Shown here piece after piece: positions 37,905-39,145 of a stretch of DNA of 39,145 bases. How positions within the stretch are numbered: the stretch's first letter is position 1; each line of letters begins with the position of its first letter. The stretch is from Acidimicrobiia bacterium (GTDB lineage: Bacteria > Actinomycetota > Acidimicrobiia > Spongiisociales > CAZKJJ01). Location: assembly GCA_046759765.1 (NCBI GenBank), contig JBHICV010000005.1:1-39145 (forward strand), in the 5' to 3' direction. The position numbers and the translations under genes are program-made. A model generated the notes under the pieces. The model did not search any database. It saw only the letters and a program-made list of their open reading frames with translations, and was not told the DNA's origin.

Positions 37905-38345
37905 GTGACACTTCCCGGGCCTGGCTTGATCCGCTCACTAGCTCGTGTACCGCAGTTTCGACGTGATCCGCTGTCAGGCTTTCGGCAGGGATGGCGCACA
38001 TACGGCGACCTGTACCGCGTGCAGATCGGAAGACGTGATCTGTGGGTGTGCTCTCACCCCGAACTGATTCATCAGGTGCTCGTGACAGGCAGAGACGACT
38101 GGCTCCGGATGGACGCTGCCGTCCCCGACGAGCGGATCGGTCTTGCCTTGGCCCTGGGTGATGGGCTGATTACGACCGATGGTGCCGAGTGGCAGTGGCG
38201 GCGTCGGATTGTCAACCCCGCCTTTCACCGTCGGCGAGTTGAGCAGATGGCAACGACGATGGTCGACGCGGGCAATCGAATGTTGGAGAGGCGCGCCGAC
38301 CGGAGTCCTGATTCTGAGTCAGCTGGGGAGCCGGCAACCGAATAG
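37905..38345 (+). pseudogene. Cytochrome P450 N-terminal fragment
   Basis: LPGP...RDPL...YGD...HPELIHQVL...LGDGLITTDGAEWQWRRRIVNPAFH, then similarity stops; no I-helix, ExxR or heme Cys before the next gene. Confidence 0.8.
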
Positions 38346-38413
38346 TTTCGTATTCGTTCAGGTTTTCCGAGGAACTGTCGGTTTACGGTGAATCGTTGCA
38401 TAGGGGTCTACCC

Positions 38414-39019
38414 ATGATCAGGTCATTCATTAGCCGGCATCCTCTCTTGACCGCGTTGGCGGTGGTGGTCGGCTTGGTCGGAGCTGCTGCCGCCTGGTAT
38501 CTGTTCTCGCCGCTGTTTATCAGCAAGACGGTTATTGAGGAGTTTCCACGGGCGGCGATGGCTGCCGAGATCCCGGACGGTATGACCGCCGAGGAAGTGG
38601 AGGAAGCGATGCTCGACGCGGAAGGCGACAGCTCGGAGGCGACAGAAGACATGCCTGGCGGCGTGCCCATCGCTCTCGCTACGGGGGCGTTTCGAGATGC
38701 CGACGACTTCCACATGGGCAGCGGAACGGCCACTATCTATCAACTCGAGGACGGGTCGCGCGTCCTGCGGCTGGAGAATCTCGACGTGACCAACGGCCCC
38801 GACCTCCATGTGATTCTCAGTCCCGTGGCCGAGCCGCAGACGAGAGAGGACGTATCCGCCTCGGGCTATGTGGATTTAGGCGGGCTCAAAGGCAACATCG
38901 GCGACCAGAACTACGAGATCCCAACCGATGTGGATGTGGCTCAGCAGATGAGCGTGGTGATCTACTGCAAGCCTTTCCACGTCATATTCTCGATCGCTCC
39001 GCTCCAAGCATCGGCCTGA
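38414..39019 (+). CDS. DM13 domain membrane-anchored protein
   Basis: TM + SPLF; GAF...H.GSGTA, LRLENL...NGPDLHVILS, LGGLKGNIGDQNYEIP, VVIYCKPFHVIF. Confidence 0.9.
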   Translation: MIRSFISRHPLLTALAVVVGLVGAAAAWYLFSPLFISKTVIEEFPRAAMAAEIPDGMTAEEVEEAMLDAEGDSSEATEDMPGGVPIALATGAFRDADDFHMGSGTATIYQLEDGSRVLRLENLDVTNGPDLHVILSPVAEPQTREDVSASGYVDLGGLKGNIGDQNYEIPTDVDVAQQMSVVIYCKPFHVIFSIAPLQASA

Positions 39020-39100
39020 CCACGGCGCGTCCACACCTGTCGTTCCTCGATCGAGTGGTCACCGGCCACGGAAGCCGCATTTCCAGAGGGGGTACGGCGG

Positions 39101-39145
39101 TGGTCAGGGGCAGAATCGAACTGCCGACCTCTGGTTTTTCAGACC
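39101..39145 (-). tRNA. tRNA-Phe(GAA), 3' portion; 5' part lies beyond the window
   Basis: Minus strand GGT-CTGAAAA-ACCAG AGGTC GGCAG-TTCGATT-CTGCC CCTGACC A: anticodon loop with GAA, T-arm and acceptor strand; followed by CCG, so CCA is not encoded. Confidence 0.92.

Noticed and set aside
33700..39100. Intact prophage, ICE or defence island at tRNA-Phe
   Set aside because: No integrase, transposase, phage or recognisable defence genes, and no obvious compositional shift.

Overview
A gene-dense, high-GC chromosomal segment from an Actinomycetota genome. The GlnR, GlnA1/GlnA2 types, leaderless TANNNT promoters and the vdh-linked hypothetical point to this phylum; Acidimicrobiia is plausible but is inference only. 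Left part: a nitrogen locus with a coxS/coxM-like molybdo-hydroxylase pair, a translationally coupled glnA2-glnR unit divergent from a frameshifted glnA (GSI-beta) with phased GlnR boxes between them, moaA, a HAMP adenylate cyclase, a NifU-N protein and a two-subunit hydantoinase/5-oxoprolinase. Middle: a DUF2079 membrane protein, glcDEF, GNAT, argS, a fused E1 alpha-beta 2-oxoacid dehydrogenase with Leu/Val dehydrogenase, MFS, thioesterase, a membrane-EEP fusion, a CPBP protease and an OmpR/BaeRS-like two-component system. Right: small accessory genes (ADP-ribosylglycohydrolase, OsmC, DUF3179, ACT, a P450 fragment, DM13) downstream of a tRNA-Phe(GAA) cut by the window edge. I found no CRISPR, integrase or transposase. 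The best lead is the GlnA2 paralogue, which has Gln at the conserved catalytic Arg339 position and overlaps the glnR start; it is a candidate GS-like sensor partner for the orphan regulator. Also notable are two REP-like palindromic elements, an orphan TcpC-like protein, and two homopolymer frameshifts that may be assembly errors.
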